This document shows positions 1-9,598 of a DNA stretch of 45,721 nt, piece by piece. The position numbers and the translations under genes were made by a program. The notes under the pieces were generated by a model that made no database searches, was not told the DNA's origin, and worked only from the letters and a program-made list of their open reading frames with translations. Origin of the DNA: a virus (Duplodnaviria; Caudoviricetes); the IMG/VR virus record IMGVR_UViG_3300030330_003185, positions 1-45,721 of that record. The stretch is one strand, 5' to 3'. Numbering within the stretch: position 1 is the stretch's first letter; each line of letters starts with the position of its first letter.

Positions 1-185
1 TCACGAAGACTTTTGACCACATGACCACCCTTAGCGAAGGTATCAACGGCTTCATCAACATATGCGGTTCCCGTTGAACCGTCCCAAGTCGTTACCGTTG
101 AAACTTGAAACATATGAGTATTTCCGAATCCGCCGATTTCATAGGACATATTCTTTGTCTCTAAATCAATCGCCATTACATTCAT
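1..185 (-). CDS. DEDD/RNase H-like 3'-5' exonuclease, N-terminal part (runs off window)
   Basis: Manual translation MNVMAIDLETKNMSYEIGGFGNTHMFQVSTVTTWDG; ExoI-type DxET motif. Confidence 0.65.
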   Translation of the reverse strand, partial: MNVMAIDLETKNMSYEIGGFGNTHMFQVSTVTTWDGSTGTAYVDEAVDTFAKGGHVVKSLR

Positions 186-187
186 TC

Positions 188-409
188 TTATTCACTCCCG
201 CCCCAAAGTTTGCTAAGTTTAGCCTCTTCCTTATCCACAGGAGCGGCCTCCTCAATTTTTCTTTTTAAGAAGACAACGATGTTCTGTCCGGCTACAGTTA
301 CCATAGACGAACATTCCCAACCATCTTCTCCGTATGTGTTAAGAGATTCAATGATGACCTTTGGCCCTTTTGATACCTCGAATACCTTATATGTGTTTTC
401 CCATTTCAT
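188..409 (-). CDS. small DUF4177-like protein
   Basis: MKWENTYKV...LNTYGEDGWE...VVFLKR pattern typical of DUF4177. Confidence 0.6.
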   Translation of the reverse strand: MKWENTYKVFEVSKGPKVIIESLNTYGEDGWECSSMVTVAGQNIVVFLKRKIEEAAPVDKEEAKLSKLWGGSE

Positions 410-1905
410 TCTTCATCACCAATTAATCGAATAAATACAGAGCGTCCTTGCTTGTCCATTTCAAACTTGTTTTGAATCTTTCTGAAGTAATTATAGACAG
501 ATGCCTGAGATTTCTTACCGGACTTCATTACGCCATTTAGCAAATCATTCTTGGGAACGAAACCGTTCTCATCTTTCGGAAGTTCTCCATAAACCTTAAC
601 AAACACAGAGAATAAGGACTTTTCTGCGATTGCGCTACGCTTGACCTTGAGGCCCTGCTCCAACCACGCAACCAATGTGCTATAGCATTGTCGGACGATG
701 TGGGCTGATTGACGGACATTTTTGCCTGTAACGATGAACCTCTTGCTTTCATCCTTAATTTGTGGTGCTTCTGCGATAGAACAAAGAACACTCATCTTCA
801 TAAGAATTTTCATCAAACGGGTGGTAAAGTTTTGCGCTACTGCTCTAACGTGAGGGCTTGTGTTGTTAATGTAGGCCGCAAGATTCTCATATTCAAAAAT
901 CAGAGCATCATTAAAACTATCTGCATAGGTTACAGTCTTTTGTGGATTACGGCCATTTGCCTCAAAGTGATTCCGCAACAAAGTATAGATTGCATAGAAC
1001 TTAGAAGCAAATTCTTCAATTGGCTGATTAACAACTTCAAACGTTCCTGCCTTAGAAAGTTGTTCAAGACGCATACGGTGTTGTTCGTGTTCAGGGACTT
1101 CCTTAACGAAAAGAAGCATACGCTGAAGAACACCCTTATTAGCAATTACTTCTGTAAGATTCTCAGGAGGATAAGTCATAGCAATTACTGACCGTTGGCT
1201 AAAACAATGCATCACCTGATTGTCGAAAGAAGATAGAGCCTTTGTGATAACCCAAGATTCACCCGCAAGGGTATTCATTAAGGTATTTAAATACACAATA
1301 GATTTTTCGTTGTGCGAAGTTGGCTTAAACACACCAGAGTATTCAAACTCGTCCCAATGTGCAAGACCGGAACCTTCCAATTGGCCCGGAATACGGGTCC
1401 ATTCTTCACCATCTTCACCCATATCTTTGCTAAACTTACCAATCAAAACAGAATCAGTATAGTCGGTCAAAGAGAAAGTGTTGAAAAGCGTAGGTAGGTT
1501 GTGGTCTTTCCAGACCATATTTGGATGACGTGGACCATTATTGATTTTATCATGGACCTTTTCTGCAACAGGGCCAACAAAATTCCAAAGAGTTGACTTT
1601 CCTGTTCCTGAAGTTTGAATCCATGTAAAGTGAACTCGCGTATCTTCTGTGTTCATTCCTGAGCCAACGTGAACAAAGTCTTTACAGATTTGTCCAAGTA
1701 GCACAAAGAAGGAAACTGCCGCAGGTGTTTCGTTTTGGTGCGAAACTTGAAGTGCAGTTTTAACGAATTCTCTTGCGAGTTTCGGTAACTGCTCCGTGGA
1801 AATCACGGCATCTTCTTCATAGATTGCGAAGTCTTCTTCTGTAACGTTCTCATATTCTCCAACGAGTTGTTCCATGAACTCGTTTTCTTCATTTTCTGTA
1901 TTCAT
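406..1905 (-). CDS. MCM-like AAA+ replicative helicase with C-terminal winged helix
   Basis: Walker A SGTGKST, Walker B AHWDEFE, arginine-finger-like GVLQR; lies in replication cluster. Confidence 0.7.
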   Translation of the reverse strand: MNTENEENEFMEQLVGEYENVTEEDFAIYEEDAVISTEQLPKLAREFVKTALQVSHQNETPAAVSFFVLLGQICKDFVHVGSGMNTEDTRVHFTWIQTSGTGKSTLWNFVGPVAEKVHDKINNGPRHPNMVWKDHNLPTLFNTFSLTDYTDSVLIGKFSKDMGEDGEEWTRIPGQLEGSGLAHWDEFEYSGVFKPTSHNEKSIVYLNTLMNTLAGESWVITKALSSFDNQVMHCFSQRSVIAMTYPPENLTEVIANKGVLQRMLLFVKEVPEHEQHRMRLEQLSKAGTFEVVNQPIEEFASKFYAIYTLLRNHFEANGRNPQKTVTYADSFNDALIFEYENLAAYINNTSPHVRAVAQNFTTRLMKILMKMSVLCSIAEAPQIKDESKRFIVTGKNVRQSAHIVRQCYSTLVAWLEQGLKVKRSAIAEKSLFSVFVKVYGELPKDENGFVPKNDLLNGVMKSGKKSQASVYNYFRKIQNKFEMDKQGRSVFIRLIGDEE

Positions 1906-2597
1906 ACTCTCACCTTATCTTCTGAGTTTAAGGTATCTAAAATTCGCTTAGCGACGGTTGGACCGATACCTTCCAACCTTGTGATTTCGTGGGGCCTTTG
2001 TTCCCCAATTTCCATCACGCTTCCAAACTGTTCAATCAGTCTTTCCGCTTTGGACTCCGACACTCCCTTGATGGTCGAAAGAACATCTACTCTTAGGTCG
2101 TCCGTAGCCAATCTCTTATGTATTCTTGGTTTAATTGTTTCTCTATTCATCGGTTGCATTTTACATACGGCAGTAATGATATCGGACGCTTCCTCTTCAG
2201 AAGATACCCAAAGGGGTTTTGTGTCCATATCTAGAATAATTCTGCCGATTGCTCCTAAGAATTTATTTCTTAACATGATTGCCCGCGTGTGAACAGGCAT
2301 ATTATTTGGGGCGTTTTCAATTACGTTGTTAATTGCTTCATCAATAGTTCCATAAATAATCACAATGTTAGTTTGGTATGCTCTGTCCATGTTATCTATT
2401 TGTGTCCACATTCTTTTACTTAGAACTGAGCCTAAGAAATCTGTTGTGGATTTTGCTTCAAAGCAAACATCATTAAAGACATAATCTCCAATTTCAATCC
2501 ACTTCTTTTCAGTTTTGATGTGTAGCATTCTTGCTTTTTGTTCGACTAGTCTGACTAGTTTTGAACCTTCTTTTTCTCTTGAATCAATGATTAACAT
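1902..2597 (-). CDS. ERCC4/XPF-family structure-specific nuclease with HhH domain
   Basis: LIIDSRE, GDY, FEAKSTTDF nuclease motifs; C-terminal IKGVS and LEGIGPTVA HhH motifs. Confidence 0.9.
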   Translation of the reverse strand: MLIIDSREKEGSKLVRLVEQKARMLHIKTEKKWIEIGDYVFNDVCFEAKSTTDFLGSVLSKRMWTQIDNMDRAYQTNIVIIYGTIDEAINNVIENAPNNMPVHTRAIMLRNKFLGAIGRIILDMDTKPLWVSSEEEASDIITAVCKMQPMNRETIKPRIHKRLATDDLRVDVLSTIKGVSESKAERLIEQFGSVMEIGEQRPHEITRLEGIGPTVAKRILDTLNSEDKVRV

Positions 2598-2674
2598 TGT
2601 GCTACCTCCGTTGCTGATGCTAAAATAAAAGCAATTGTGCCTGTTAAATAAAATGCAATTCTAGCATAGAACAT
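2591..2674 (-). CDS. putative 27-aa hydrophobic microprotein
   Basis: MFYARIAFYLTGTIAFILASATEVAQC fills the gap between primase and nuclease. Confidence 0.35.
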   Translation of the reverse strand: MFYARIAFYLTGTIAFILASATEVAQC

Positions 2675-2681
2675 TACATCT

Positions 2682-3722
2682 TTACGAGACATTGGGGAAC
2701 CTCCAACATTTTCCAACACAATAACCTTCTGCAATTAACTTCTGACACTTCGCAGAATATCGGTTATTTCGGACTGTGAAACTGACGTGCTTTAGTGATT
2801 CCGCATGGTCCCAATCCATCCAGACCTCATCGGATTTACCATACACTTCTTCAATTTCATTCATAATTCTTTGAACGATTGGTTTTGCAGATACCGCAGT
2901 AAGATGCGGAGCGGTGCAATTGGTCAAAATATCTCGCCAAAACTGAACAAGATAAACACGCGCCATATGCCCCGGATTCTCCACCATCGTTGCATTATGC
3001 AAACATGGAAGGATGGGCAGTTTTCCGTTGTGTTGGGGAACAGAAACTTCACCCTCGACCATCTCGATAGGGGGTTGTTCGGGGAAGACGACCTTCTTAG
3101 ACCCCGACTTTCGGAAGGGAATAATCCTAGGCTTGCGAGCCAAAGACAAAATATCCTCAAGGTTCATAGAAAACACGTCTTCGTAAAAAATAGGGATACA
3201 GTATAATGGATTGCCGTGACCATCATCAGAAGCCATATTCACAGTATTTGGAATACGTCGCAATCTGGTAGTTTGGCCTACTCTATCATCGAGAGAAGAG
3301 CCTCCACCATTCCCTTGAATATAGTCTTTGACTTCTCTAAAATAAGCCTGAATATTTCTGATATCGTTAGTGCGCTCTCCTTCAATGAATAAATGAAATC
3401 CCCTCCCTGAGAAAAATAGCGTGTGCATCAAATCTTGTTCTTTTACCATTTGCATAACAATCTTCACATCATCGAATGCTTTATTCAAACGTTCTCCGTG
3501 TGCATCAAAGTCTAAAAAGATTCTGTCTAGAATTACTGAGGATTCAACCTTTGCTTTTTCTGCAAATTGTTCAAAGTCATAAACCGTAGTATAGACATTG
3601 GTTCGATTATTCTGAGCCATAACAAACTCAGTATAATCATTCTTCGTCCTCACGATTTTCCTTCTCATTTGTGGTGCGTTCTTGATGTGACTTCCTGCCC
3701 ACACTTCTCTCGGAAATTTCAT
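2682..3722 (-). CDS. archaeo-eukaryotic primase, PriS catalytic domain fused to PriL-like Fe-S domain
   Basis: FLDFD, SGRGFH, RLRRIPNTVN motifs; C-terminal LPCL...SAKC...YCVGKC cysteines. Confidence 0.9.
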   Translation of the reverse strand: MKFPREVWAGSHIKNAPQMRRKIVRTKNDYTEFVMAQNNRTNVYTTVYDFEQFAEKAKVESSVILDRIFLDFDAHGERLNKAFDDVKIVMQMVKEQDLMHTLFFSGRGFHLFIEGERTNDIRNIQAYFREVKDYIQGNGGGSSLDDRVGQTTRLRRIPNTVNMASDDGHGNPLYCIPIFYEDVFSMNLEDILSLARKPRIIPFRKSGSKKVVFPEQPPIEMVEGEVSVPQHNGKLPILPCLHNATMVENPGHMARVYLVQFWRDILTNCTAPHLTAVSAKPIVQRIMNEIEEVYGKSDEVWMDWDHAESLKHVSFTVRNNRYSAKCQKLIAEGYCVGKCWRFPNVS

Positions 3723-4020
3723 TTGTTTGCCCCCTAAAATTTACTGTTGCTCCATTGAGCATTTCTCTAATAATTCCTGCTACCTCTCCTTGAAGAGAAG
3801 CCATAATTGCATCCCGCATAGCATCTTCAAACACGCTTCCAACGTAACCATCATTAATTCTAACTTCACGAATCAATTGGAACCTTTCACTAAGACTCAT
3901 TTCTGAATATAGACTATTAGAAAGAGTTTCAATAGTTTGTTTGAGATTTGAAATTTCAGTAAATGTCCAATCTTTTGCTAGAACCTTTGCTTGAATCAAG
4001 TCCTTAATCATCATAACCAC
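3637..4020 (-). CDS. hypothetical protein
   Basis: Co-oriented ORF overlapping neighbours in the operon. Confidence 0.6.
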   Translation of the reverse strand: MVMMIKDLIQAKVLAKDWTFTEISNLKQTIETLSNSLYSEMSLSERFQLIREVRINDGYVGSVFEDAMRDAIMASLQGEVAGIIREMLNGATVNFRGQTNEISERSVGRKSHQERTTNEKENREDEE

Positions 4021-4916
4021 GAATCCGTTTGCGCTTCATCACATATACCAAAGAAAGAACAATGGCTGCAAGTCTTATAATAAAACTTAGCAGGGAAGTT
4101 TTGTGTCTCATACGCATGAAGTAGTTTAGCGATACCATCAACAACAGAGGTCATGGACCGCTTCTTTGCTTCTTCGACATACATGTAGTTTGATACAGGG
4201 TAATACCAACCCCAATGAGTTACGCTCATATCCTTAGTCAAACCATTCTTAATGAGAACTTCTTCAGGTGCAGATTCAATCATCAATTGATAGAAAGCCA
4301 TTTCTTTTCTCATTGATGTTGTTTTATAATCTTTCCACGGTCCTGTCTTTAACTCCAAAGGAATTAGAGAGTTGCCTTCTCTAAACACGCGGTCAATGAT
4401 TCCCTGAAGGTGAATTTTGTAATCACGTTGAAGTGTGAATTTCTTACTTTGATTTGCACGGAAAGTAATTTCCGCATCAAATAATCCTTCATTAACGATG
4501 GGAAGGAATTCATCAATCTTTCCTTCTTCTTTTGCTTCTTGAAACCTTTGTGCTTCTGCCGCTGCCATAGTTAAGTAAATGTCCACATAATCATCAATAG
4601 GATGCAGGCCTTCACAATAGGTTTGAAGTTCTTGGCTAGTCATACCTTCGGCTTTCTTGATATCAAAATCCTTAAAGAAATCTTCACGCGCATTGTGAAC
4701 AACAGTTCCTTTACGCATCGCTTCAGTCTGGTCTTGAGGAAGTCTTTGAATGTAACTAAAACCATACTTTTTGGGACACCAATCGTGTGAACCAAGAGAT
4801 GATTTAGTAATTTTCAAGATTGGTTGTGACGGGTCTTCTGCCCAATCAGGATTCCAATCATATGTATATTCATCCATTGACTTGATTACAGTCTGATATT
4901 TAGTTTCGTTATCCAT
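4011..4916 (-). CDS. Cas4/AddB-like PD-(D/E)XK nuclease with Fe-S cluster
   Basis: WCPKKY, GTVVH, GIIDR, ELKTG, EMAFY, C-terminal CSHCSFFGIC. Confidence 0.88.
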   Translation of the reverse strand: MDNETKYQTVIKSMDEYTYDWNPDWAEDPSQPILKITKSSLGSHDWCPKKYGFSYIQRLPQDQTEAMRKGTVVHNAREDFFKDFDIKKAEGMTSQELQTYCEGLHPIDDYVDIYLTMAAAEAQRFQEAKEEGKIDEFLPIVNEGLFDAEITFRANQSKKFTLQRDYKIHLQGIIDRVFREGNSLIPLELKTGPWKDYKTTSMRKEMAFYQLMIESAPEEVLIKNGLTKDMSVTHWGWYYPVSNYMYVEEAKKRSMTSVVDGIAKLLHAYETQNFPAKFYYKTCSHCSFFGICDEAQTDSWL

Positions 4917-4917
4917 T

Positions 4918-5814
4918 TTACCACCATTCGTCTAGTGTTTTTAGTTCGCCAATCCTTATTTGGTTAGCATCCCAACCCATCGCTTTATAGACAGGTTCGG
5001 CTTTCTTAACTACTTGCTCTGCATAAAAATCATAATCTGGCTTAATGCCTTCAAAATCATCAGCAGATGGAGCAGATAGATAAGTTACAGGTCTTTGTTC
5101 CTTTGTTAGAGGATGGGTGAATTTATCATAACTTTTCACCTTTAGGAAATGGTAAGAGTCTGCCTCCGTCCATGAGAATTTATGCCTTTCCCATGCATGA
5201 ATTAGACCCGCAATACCTTCTTTAATCGAAGGTTTCTTACCTTCCTTTGTTACAAAATTGCTCATGCTAGTTCCGCAAATTTCACAGAAAGTTTGTGTTA
5301 GACTATCTTTAAGATGCACCATCTTATTCCTACATTCATAATCGGGGCAACGGATTAAAAGTCTGTCTTCTTTCAATCTAGAACGCTTAATGATAGACTT
5401 GAGAGGAACTTCACCATTCTTAACAAATCTAAAAGTATCATAAAGATACTTGTTAATGTCTTTGAATGGCTTCTGTTGAACCCACATTTGAAGCACCTTC
5501 GTTTGAACTTCCTTTGCTAATTTAGTTTCAGCAACTCTCTTGGCTTCAAAACCCGTCATTGTGAATTTAGGCTTGTCTAGATAAACGCCGTCTTCCCACG
5601 AAACCATCCCTGCGTTACGGTTCTTAGTTACTCCGACTCCCAACGCTGAGAAATACTTCTCAAATTCAAGAACAACAGGGTGTTCATCCAAACCAAGAAC
5701 ATTTGGAAACTTCTCTCTCACCTTTTCTTCAATTGTTTTAATCGCAGACAAAGCACGGTCAATGTCGTCAATCTGAACATAGATTGAATCTGTGTGACCA
5801 TAAACTACTTTCAT
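4918..5814 (-). CDS. polB: family B DNA polymerase, C-terminal part (split gene)
   Basis: Starts at motif C VVYGHTDSIYV; LEFEK, KNRNAG, GFEAKR; inserted Cys4 ribbon; C-terminal PIP-like KTLDEWW. Confidence 0.9.
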   Translation of the reverse strand: MKVVYGHTDSIYVQIDDIDRALSAIKTIEEKVREKFPNVLGLDEHPVVLEFEKYFSALGVGVTKNRNAGMVSWEDGVYLDKPKFTMTGFEAKRVAETKLAKEVQTKVLQMWVQQKPFKDINKYLYDTFRFVKNGEVPLKSIIKRSRLKEDRLLIRCPDYECRNKMVHLKDSLTQTFCEICGTSMSNFVTKEGKKPSIKEGIAGLIHAWERHKFSWTEADSYHFLKVKSYDKFTHPLTKEQRPVTYLSAPSADDFEGIKPDYDFYAEQVVKKAEPVYKAMGWDANQIRIGELKTLDEWW

Positions 5815-6011
5815 TCTTGTTCACCGCACCATTCGCAATTAAACGTTTCTTCACAAGTTACGCACGTATAGTCCACACCATCTGTAGTCCACATTGATTC
5901 GCCACAACAACGACAAATGCTATCAGGTAGGTTAGCGACTAGACTTTCTAGCCTTTTGAGTTTTTCCATCAAAGCCAAAACAGCACTATTGGATGGGTTC
6001 ACTTCCACCAC
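5811..6011 (-). CDS. small Cys-rich zinc-ribbon protein
   Basis: CRCCG, CVTC, CEWCG; between the polB halves. Confidence 0.6.
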   Translation of the reverse strand: MVEVNPSNSAVLALMEKLKRLESLVANLPDSICRCCGESMWTTDGVDYTCVTCEETFNCEWCGEQE

Positions 6012-6229
6012 CTCTTTCCTGTGTAGTGTGTAAATTTCATAGCGGGTGCTTCATGTAATTCTTGCATTTCAGTTACCGCGCTACGGAGGCTCATAACTTC
6101 CTTCACAATAGCATAAAGTTCATCCCTTTCATCTTCAAGATGATTAATTCTTTGCATTAATTGTTCAATCTTATCTTCCAATAGATTTACTCTGCTTTCA
6201 TTATCTAGTTTCATCAGATTCGCCTCCAT
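5999..6229 (-). CDS. small coiled-coil protein
   Basis: Heptad pattern RVNLLEDKIEQLMQRINHLEDERDEL. Confidence 0.6.
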   Translation of the reverse strand: MEANLMKLDNESRVNLLEDKIEQLMQRINHLEDERDELYAIVKEVMSLRSAVTEMQELHEAPAMKFTHYTGKRWWK

Positions 6230-6420
6230 GTTTGCTTTCCAACTTTTCTAGTGTGTGGACTCATTTTTAATCTCAATGAGATAGAGTTTGTATGTGGGGT
6301 ATATTTACCCATCATATCATACGCTCTTCCTTTAAAATCGTGTGTGAAAAACTCATCACCCACATCATATGTCTTAATTACTTCTTCAATTCTTTCTTTT
6401 ATTGTTTTTATTCCGGGCAT
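6214..6420 (-). CDS. small basic protein, possible winged helix
   Basis: 68-aa ORF directly after the polB N-part stop; helix-helix-wing pattern. Confidence 0.55.
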   Translation of the reverse strand: MPGIKTIKERIEEVIKTYDVGDEFFTHDFKGRAYDMMGKYTPHTNSISLRLKMSPHTRKVGKQTWRRI

Positions 6421-6421
6421 T

Positions 6422-8086
6422 TTAATTCATCTCCTTTGCTACGAATGCCGCTTCCCTAATTGCCTCTCTTGCCGATGCTGTGATTGAAGCGGCTAAATCC
6501 ACATCAGCCCAACCAAATCCTTGAAAGGCAACAATGCCATAAAAGGAAGCCATTAATCGCTTAGTAGCCATTTGGTTATTATACCATTTTCGATACTCGT
6601 TATCATCTCCGGCGTCACGCGCGGCTCGCATACGTCGCTTATATTCATTTCGCAAGTCTTTGAGGGTTAGAACTGAACGAGGCAGAAGTCCCAACCTATC
6701 TGTTTTATAGTAACGGATATCTTCTTGCACGACCGGCGAGAAATCGCGGGGCGTTTTTATGTTGACCTTAAATTCAGTCGGTTCTTCAGATTTAGTTTCC
6801 CATGAAATATTTCTTGCAATCATCATAGAAGGATATAGACCGGCAAAGTCAAAAGCCGCCACATTAAGATGTAATCCATACGTTCCTTCTGATGTTGGTT
6901 CATAAATCATAGCACCATCGTATTGTTTTCTTTCTTCTGGCTTTACGCCTGTGGGTGCTTTCCACGAAGCGTTACGCATAAAGTAAATTGAACCCATGCG
7001 GGATGCAAAGAAACACGCATCAAATGGTGCAATAAGAAGCCTTTGCAAAGATAGAATCGCTTCACTACAGAAGTTTGTTTCATCAATCTTACGCAGGATT
7101 TCAACGTCAACAAGAGCATATTGAAGATAGTGGTATGTATCTTCTAGCCAAGCACGATTATAGAAATCATCACCTTCAAACTTAGATTCCCAAGATTTAC
7201 CTTCACCGAATAAAAGATTAGAAACGTAGTCCAATCTCAAAGAAGGTAGCGTTCCTCGCTGAGAATCGTTCCATTGTCGCTCAAAAGCAACGTCTAAGTT
7301 TAGGGTTATGCGACCCTTGATGGGCTGAGAAATGGGCGAGAACCCTTTCTCTCCCTTGACGTATTCATAGCCATCCTTACGGTTCTTGATGCCGTCCACG
7401 GTATAAATAGGACTGAGCATATGAGGGTTAAGGTCGTTAGCACACATTCGCTTCAAAAGAACCGGCAAATCGAACTTAAGTCCAAACCAAGCAATAAGCA
7501 TATCGGGGTCTTGCTCAATCATTGTCTGCGTGAAACTCTCAAGCATTTCTTTCTCAGAGGAAAAGACATACATCTCATTTTTATATTGTTCAATCTTGGG
7601 GACTCCAAAATCTTCTTTCTCTTCTGGGAACCAAGTCCAAAGATAGAATGTTTCTGTAAAGTTATCATAAAGACTGATTGCAGTAATCACATCTTTATAT
7701 TCTCCACTAGGCATCCATTCCATATCCCAATACCACTTTCTCATCTTATACTCAGGCATTTCCTCCATTTCATCAACACAATAACGGAAATGATATGGAA
7801 CATCTGCTTCCCAAGTCCTTGAGAAACTTTCCTTTGCCTTATAAATGTCGTTAGACTTATCAACAAATACTTTCTTAAGGGGTGTTCCATCAAGACTAAC
7901 CGCATCAGTCTTTTGAAACTCAAACTCACGCGATAGAGTTCTAGAAATCTTATACTCTTTCGGTTCAGGGTGAGCATCTTCAACATAGAAATATGGGCTA
8001 AATTCGACTAACTCAGTCTTCTTTTCACCGTTTTCTCTCCATGATTTATAGATGTGTCTTCCTGTCGCGGCTTTACAGATAATCAT
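6422..8086 (-). CDS. polB: family B DNA polymerase, N-terminal part (exonuclease, motifs A and B)
   Basis: ExoI WDME, ExoII WFGLKFDL, ExoIII YALVD, motif A FDFAGLYPSMM, motif B KRLMASFYG. Confidence 0.93.
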   Translation of the reverse strand: MIICKAATGRHIYKSWRENGEKKTELVEFSPYFYVEDAHPEPKEYKISRTLSREFEFQKTDAVSLDGTPLKKVFVDKSNDIYKAKESFSRTWEADVPYHFRYCVDEMEEMPEYKMRKWYWDMEWMPSGEYKDVITAISLYDNFTETFYLWTWFPEEKEDFGVPKIEQYKNEMYVFSSEKEMLESFTQTMIEQDPDMLIAWFGLKFDLPVLLKRMCANDLNPHMLSPIYTVDGIKNRKDGYEYVKGEKGFSPISQPIKGRITLNLDVAFERQWNDSQRGTLPSLRLDYVSNLLFGEGKSWESKFEGDDFYNRAWLEDTYHYLQYALVDVEILRKIDETNFCSEAILSLQRLLIAPFDACFFASRMGSIYFMRNASWKAPTGVKPEERKQYDGAMIYEPTSEGTYGLHLNVAAFDFAGLYPSMMIARNISWETKSEEPTEFKVNIKTPRDFSPVVQEDIRYYKTDRLGLLPRSVLTLKDLRNEYKRRMRAARDAGDDNEYRKWYNNQMATKRLMASFYGIVAFQGFGWADVDLAASITASAREAIREAAFVAKEMN

Positions 8087-8851
8087 TTAAACACCTTGAT
8101 GCGGAGCCTTAACGAGCCTTCGGTCATCAGCGATGATAACCAAAGGTGCATCGTCTAGCACATAAAAAGTCAGTAATTGGTCTTTCTTGAAAAACTTATG
8201 GAGCGGACCACTATACTCCAAAGTGGCGGGGTCGCCTGTTCTAAACGCAGGCTCCACAGTTTGTGAAAACTTCGATTCTGTGGACATTTGAGAAGAGAAT
8301 ACGAGAGAGTCTTTCTTAAACTCAATCTTATAGATTCCCTCTTTAACTAGTTCACACGAAGTAATCACGTCACTAAATTGATTTGAAGTCAGCACAAAGG
8401 CTCCTTCAAAGTTGGCTCTTCCAAATGAAGGAAGTTTCTCAGGGTCCAAAGCATATGGGATTTCCGATAGTCTTTCGCCCATTCGTGTAATTGCATCCAT
8501 CTGAGGCCATTCAATAATTCTAGGAAGTGATGCTTGTCGGCCTTCACTTTTGATAACCATATAGTCACCGTATTCAAGCCTTACATCACCATCAAAACGC
8601 TTTAGGAAGGAGATGAAGCCTTCCGACTTTCCGATATACCCACCGGATGATTCAACCTCAGCATCAAGACTGATGTTCACGATAAACGTATTGTTACCGG
8701 ACCAAAGGTTAATCTTTCCATCTTTTGCAGACATAAAGAAAATATCTTCAAGGCTTCCAGACTTTAATCCACCTCTGGAATTATACTTGCCCTTTACCTG
8801 AAGATTTTCTAAAGCGTCCTTTAGTTCATTAGCATTAACATTCAATTTCAA
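8087..8851 (-). CDS. pcn: sliding clamp (PCNA-like)
   Basis: 254 aa two-domain alpha/beta pattern ending PLVI...LVKAP; adjacent to polB, RFC genes nearby. Confidence 0.7.
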   Translation of the reverse strand: MKLNVNANELKDALENLQVKGKYNSRGGLKSGSLEDIFFMSAKDGKINLWSGNNTFIVNISLDAEVESSGGYIGKSEGFISFLKRFDGDVRLEYGDYMVIKSEGRQASLPRIIEWPQMDAITRMGERLSEIPYALDPEKLPSFGRANFEGAFVLTSNQFSDVITSCELVKEGIYKIEFKKDSLVFSSQMSTESKFSQTVEPAFRTGDPATLEYSGPLHKFFKKDQLLTFYVLDDAPLVIIADDRRLVKAPHQGV

Positions 8852-8857
8852 ATTAAC

Positions 8858-9598
8858 TCACCACTTATAGAACATTACCAAATTAGTGCTTTGGCTCATA
8901 TTATAGATTTCCTGCATTAGACGCCCGTAAGAACTTGGCTTACTTTCTCCATCCATGGGATATTTTCCTTTCTTATCGTTCAATTCTAGTTTTCGCATCA
9001 TTCTGCTGTGAGAATAGTTTTCGTTTCTAGCAATTTTGACAAACGCATCAATGAATCTTGAATTTTCTGCGAAGGGAACGAATTCAGAAATATCTGATAA
9101 CTGTTCAATAAAATCGAATCCAAATTCTGCATCATCTATTACCATTTCACCCTTCTTAAATTTAGAGAGGCTACAAGTAGTGAAAATTCTAATAAGTGCA
9201 GTATAGTTTAAACCACCTTGCTCTCTAATATTTTTCAAGAAAGAATAATGACTAGAGACTACCTTATCATCACTTTCGCTATAATAGTTTGCATAATCTT
9301 CAAGCGACCAATTCTTTTGAAGTGTGTTCAAATCAATAATCACCTCAACACTCTCTCTTGGGACAACAATTGCAGGAATTACATATCCCAGTTCCTTAGC
9401 CGCAGTATAACGATGCTGACCATCAATTACGTAATACTTTCTCTTACTTTTCATTACAGTAATAGCAGTTAAAACTCCCCATTCTTCCATGCTTCGCTTT
9501 AGTTTCTCTACTGATTGACGATTTACATTCCTGTTTCCAGAAATAAAATACATTTTATCATTTGGCTTAATTTCAATTAGATTATATTTAACTTTCAA
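8858..9598 (-). CDS. ParB/Srx N-terminal domain protein (DGQHR motif)
   Basis: NRNVN...LKRSMEEWG...YYVIDGQHRYTAAKELG. Confidence 0.8.
   Translation of the reverse strand: MKVKYNLIEIKPNDKMYFISGNRNVNRQSVEKLKRSMEEWGVLTAITVMKSKRKYYVIDGQHRYTAAKELGYVIPAIVVPRESVEVIIDLNTLQKNWSLEDYANYYSESDDKVVSSHYSFLKNIREQGGLNYTALIRIFTTCSLSKFKKGEMVIDDAEFGFDFIEQLSDISEFVPFAENSRFIDAFVKIARNENYSHSRMMRKLELNDKKGKYPMDGESKPSSYGRLMQEIYNMSQSTNLVMFYKW

Noticed and set aside
5811-6421. Intron or intein interrupting polB
   Set aside because: The insert consists of three tightly overlapping ORFs, each polB half has its own start and stop, and no splicing motifs are seen
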